This document shows positions 60,575 through 64,000 of a stretch of 64,000 nt of DNA, in pieces (positions within the stretch are counted from its first letter, which is position 1; each line of letters opens with the position of its first letter). Location: NCBI RefSeq assembly GCF_036365525.1, contig NC_090379.1:12047659-12111658 (forward strand), written 5' to 3'. The notes beneath the pieces were generated by a model. That model was not told the DNA's origin. It saw only the letters and a program-made list of their open reading frames with translations, and ran no database searches. Both the position numbers and the translations under genes were made by a program. The DNA comes from Heterodontus francisci (taxonomy: Eukaryota).

Positions 60575-61620
60575 TTGAGTCATAGAGTCATTTACGGCAT
60601 AGAAGAAGGCCATTCAGCCCATCGAGCCCATGTCAGTGTCCAAAGAGCAATCCAGTGTGTTCCACTCTCCTGCTCGATTCCTGTAGCCCTGCAAGTTTAT
60701 TTCCTTCAAGTGCCCATCCAGTTTCCTTTTGAAATTATTGATTGTCTCTGCTTTCACCACCTTGGGCAGCGAGATCCATTAGCACTCGCTGTGCAAAATA
60801 GTTCCCCTGCATCTCTTGCCCAAAATCTTCAATCTATGTCCCCTAGTCCTTGTATCAGCGGTTAATGAAAACAGTTTTCCCTTGTCTAGCCTGTCATAAT
60901 CTTGTGCACCCCTATCAGGAGGTACGGGGAGAAAGCGGGAACAGGGTACTGAGTTTGGATGATCAGCCATGATCGTATTGAATGGCGGTGCAGGCTCGAA
61001 GGGCCAAATGGCCTACTCCTCCTATTTTCTATGTTTCTATCAAATTGCCCCTCAATCTCCTTTGCTCCAGGGAGAACAACCCCAGCTTTTCCAATCTAAT
61101 CTTGCAACTAAAATCCCCAATCCCTGGAACTATTCTGGCAAATCGCCTCTGAACCCTCTCAAGGGCCCTCACATCCTTCCTGAATGTGGTGACCAAAACT
61201 GGATGCAGTACTCCAGTTGGGCCCTAACCAGAACTTTATAAAGATTTAGCATAGCTTCCCTGCTTTCGTACTCTATGCTTCAATTTCTGAAACCCAAGAT
61301 CCCATATGCTTTGCTAACCATACTCTCTATATCCTGCCACCATCAAAGATTGATGCAGATGCACCCCCAGGTCCCTCTGTTCCTGCACAGTCTTTAGAAC
61401 TGTGCCATTAAGTCTATATTGCCTCACTCTACCCCTTCTGCCAAAATGCATCACCTCACACATCTCTGTATTTTAATTCCATCTGCCACTTGTCTGCCCA
61501 TTCTGCTAGCCTAGCTATGTCCTGTTGTAGGCAGTTTGTATAATCCTCACTGTTTGCCACTCCTCCAAATTTTGAAATTCTACTCTGTATTCCAAGATCC
61601 AAGTAATTTATATATAGCAA
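60575..61620 (-). mobile_element. CR1 LINE fragment with a short + strand CR1 tail insert (about 60915-61035)
   Basis: LQQDIARLAEWADKWQM and TRTRGHRLKILG, with a CR1 tail. Confidence 0.8.
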
Positions 61621-61961
61621 AAAAAATTCACTGGTCACTGATTTTGAATTGGTGAGCAAATGTCCAGTCCAATAAGACCATAAGAAATAAGAGCACTGTA
61701 GTAACTCAACAAGTCTTCTTTGATAGCACTTTCCAAACCCATGATCTCTACTGCCTAGAAGGACCAGCACATCAGATGTATGGGTCAAAATCCTGGAACT
61801 CCACACAACATCACCACCACCCCCACCCCCCGCACCAGAACAGAAATATGGGTATACCTACGGCACAAGGACTGCAACGGTTCAAGAAGGCAGCTCACCA
61901 CCACCTTCTCGATGGAAATTAGGAATGAGCAATAAATACAACACCCAGATCCCATGAACAG

Positions 61962-62435
61962 ATAAGAAAAAAATAGGAGCAGGAGTAGGCCATACTGCCC
62001 CTTGAGTTTGCTCTGCTGTTCAACAAGATCATGGCTGATCTTGTGCCTCAACACCACTTTTCTACCTTATCCCTTGATTTCCTTCGTGTCCAAAAATCTG
62101 TGGATCTCTGTCTTGAATATACTCAATGACTGAGCATTCACAGCTCTCTCAGGTAGAGAATTCCAGATTCACAAACGTTTGAGTGAAGAAATTCTACCTC
62201 ATCTCAGTCCTAAATTGTCGACCCCATATCCTGGGACCATGTTCTCGACTCTCCAGCCAGGGAAGCAGCCTCTCAGCATCTACCCTGCCAAACCCTCTAA
62301 GAATTTTATGTTTCAATGAGATCACCTCTCATTCTTTGAAACTTTGGAGAATATAGGCCCATTCTACTCAATCTCTCCTCACAGTACAGCCCTCTCATCC
62401 CAGGCATCAATCAAGTGAACAATGTGTTGCTGAAC
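61962..62435 (-). mobile_element. CR1 3' fragment, preceded by a family 2 tail (about 61690-61960, +)
   Basis: Similar to 54030-54500. Confidence 0.75.
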
Positions 62436-62452
62436 TGCGGGGATCAAATAAG

Positions 62453-63345
62453 AGCAAAATACTGTGGATGCTGGAACTCTGAAATGAGAACAGAAAGTGC
62501 TGGAAATACTCAGCAGGTGTGGCAGCATTTGTGGAGAGAGAAATAGAGTTAACGTTTCATCAGAAGTGACCAAGGTTAGAAATGTAATAGTGTTTGAGCA
62601 AGTGAAGGAGAGGGGGGGGGTGGAAGAAGAACAAAAGGGAAGGTTAGTAATAGGGTGGGAGATTGTGGGGGGAGATTAAATAACAAAGATGTCATGGAAT
62701 AAAAAGCAAAGGGAGTGTTAAATAGTTGTAGTAAAAGACAAAGCATTTGTCCAGAGAGAGTGCTAATGGCAGAATAATGAACAGTTCTGCCCGAAAGCAA
62801 GAACATGAAAAACAAATTTAAGAGTAGCACATGTTTTAAAAATAAATAATAAAATAAACAAAATTTAGATAATGGGCTCATGGTTTTAAATTATTGAACT
62901 CAATGTTGAGTCTAGAAGGCTGTAGAATGCCTTATCGGAAGATAAGTTGCTGTTCCTCGAGCTTGCATTGATGTTCACCGGAACACTGCTGCAAGTCGAG
63001 GACAGAAATGTGGGCATGAGAGCAGGGTGGTGAATTAAAATGGCAAGCAACCGGAAGCTCGGGGTTATTCTTGCAGTCCAAGTGGAGGTGTTCCGCAAAG
63101 TGATCACCCAATTTTTGTTTGGTCTCCCAATGTAGAGGTGACCACATTGTGAGCAGCGAATACAGTATACTAAATTGAAAGAAGTTCAAGTAAATCGCTG
63201 CTTCACCTGGAAGGATTATTTGGGGCCTTGGGTAGTGAGGAGAGAAGAGGTAAAAGGGCAGGTGTTACACCTCCTGCAATTGCAAGGGAAGGTGCCCTGG
63301 GAAGGGGATGAGGTGTCAGGGGTGCTGGAGGAGTGCACCAGGGAG
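62453..63345 (-). mobile_element. Penelope-like element 3' end (GIY-YIG endonuclease remnant plus terminal repeat)
   Basis: ETKQKLGDHFAEHL...PELPVACHFNS...KLEEQQLIFR is a Penelope GIY-YIG C-terminus. The 3' UTR ends in the repeat seen at 2233. Confidence 0.85.
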
Positions 63346-63961
63346 GACAGGATCAAATTTTGGCTGTGACATCAGAACCTTGGAGCAGGAGGAGGCCATT
63401 AAGCCCTACAGCCTGTTCCACCATTCAACTGGATCACAGCATCTTAACTCCGTCTACCTGCCTTGATTCCCTAACATTTAATACCTTTGCATAACAAGAA
63501 ACTATCAATCTCAGTTTTGAAATTCTCAATTGATCCCCAATCCTTCTGGGGGAGACAGTTGCAGGTTTCCACAACCTTCTGTGTGACTTGTTTCCTGACA
63601 TCATGCCTAAGCAGCCTAGTTAAGGTAAGAGGATTGCACCACTTGGTCAAGTAGCCTGCTGACATCCAGTACCTTGGCCAGTGCACGACGACTGGCCACT
63701 TGGGTCCGTGAAATTGTATCCAACGTGAGTCAACCTTTCAGCATGTGGAGTGAGAAAACTGGAAATAAATGCACTTGAATCCTGAACTGCCAGTGGTTTC
63801 TATTGGGACTGCAGTCAGCTCCCAGCTCAGTGATGCTCTAAACTGTATTACCTCTGAATTAGATCAGTAACCAAGACATGCTGAGCTGCAGAAAACATAA
63901 ATAATTTATCTGTCTAAGTACTGGGTGGAGAGAGGGAGGAGAAAGAGAATTTTGCATCATT

Positions 63962-64000
63962 GCGGCACAGTGGCGCAGTGGTTAGCACTGCAGCCTCACA
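63962..64000 (+). mobile_element. HE1-type V-SINE head, truncated by the window end
   Basis: GCGGCACAGTGGCGCAGTGGTTAGCACTGCAGCCTCACA. Confidence 0.75.

Noticed and set aside
1-64000. CRISPR array, retron or other prokaryotic RT system
   Set aside because: There is no regularly spaced repeat-spacer array or operon structure. All RT motifs belong to eukaryotic non-LTR retrotransposons within spliceosomal introns.

Overview
Eukaryotic, repeat-dense vertebrate DNA. The repeat families (HE1-type V-SINEs, Deu-domain SINEs, abundant CR1/HER1 LINEs) point to a cartilaginous fish; the species is not determinable from the sequence. The whole window lies inside the 3' half of a plus-strand TTC7B gene (TPR scaffold of the PI4KA complex). 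There are three constitutive exons (19089-19186, 41752-41892, 59314-59516) and a frame-preserving 51-nt cassette exon (38942-38992) that the ORF track misses. The introns are mostly decayed CR1, L2, RTE and Penelope retroelements, SINEs and a Harbinger-type MITE, including a four-layer nest at 8.6-18 kb. The most unusual observations are: (1) an EN/RT LINE whose 5' end is a tRNA-like Pol III head, with an abundant SINE that is its head-plus-tail deletion derivative; (2) three short local copies of upstream TTC7B-sense sequence, one of them an exon fragment, all at retroelement junctions, which suggests local reverse transcription of the nascent pre-mRNA; (3) TSD-flanked Penelope terminal hairpins carrying minimal hammerhead-like motifs. 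Repeat boundaries were read by eye and are approximate unless a TSD is quoted.
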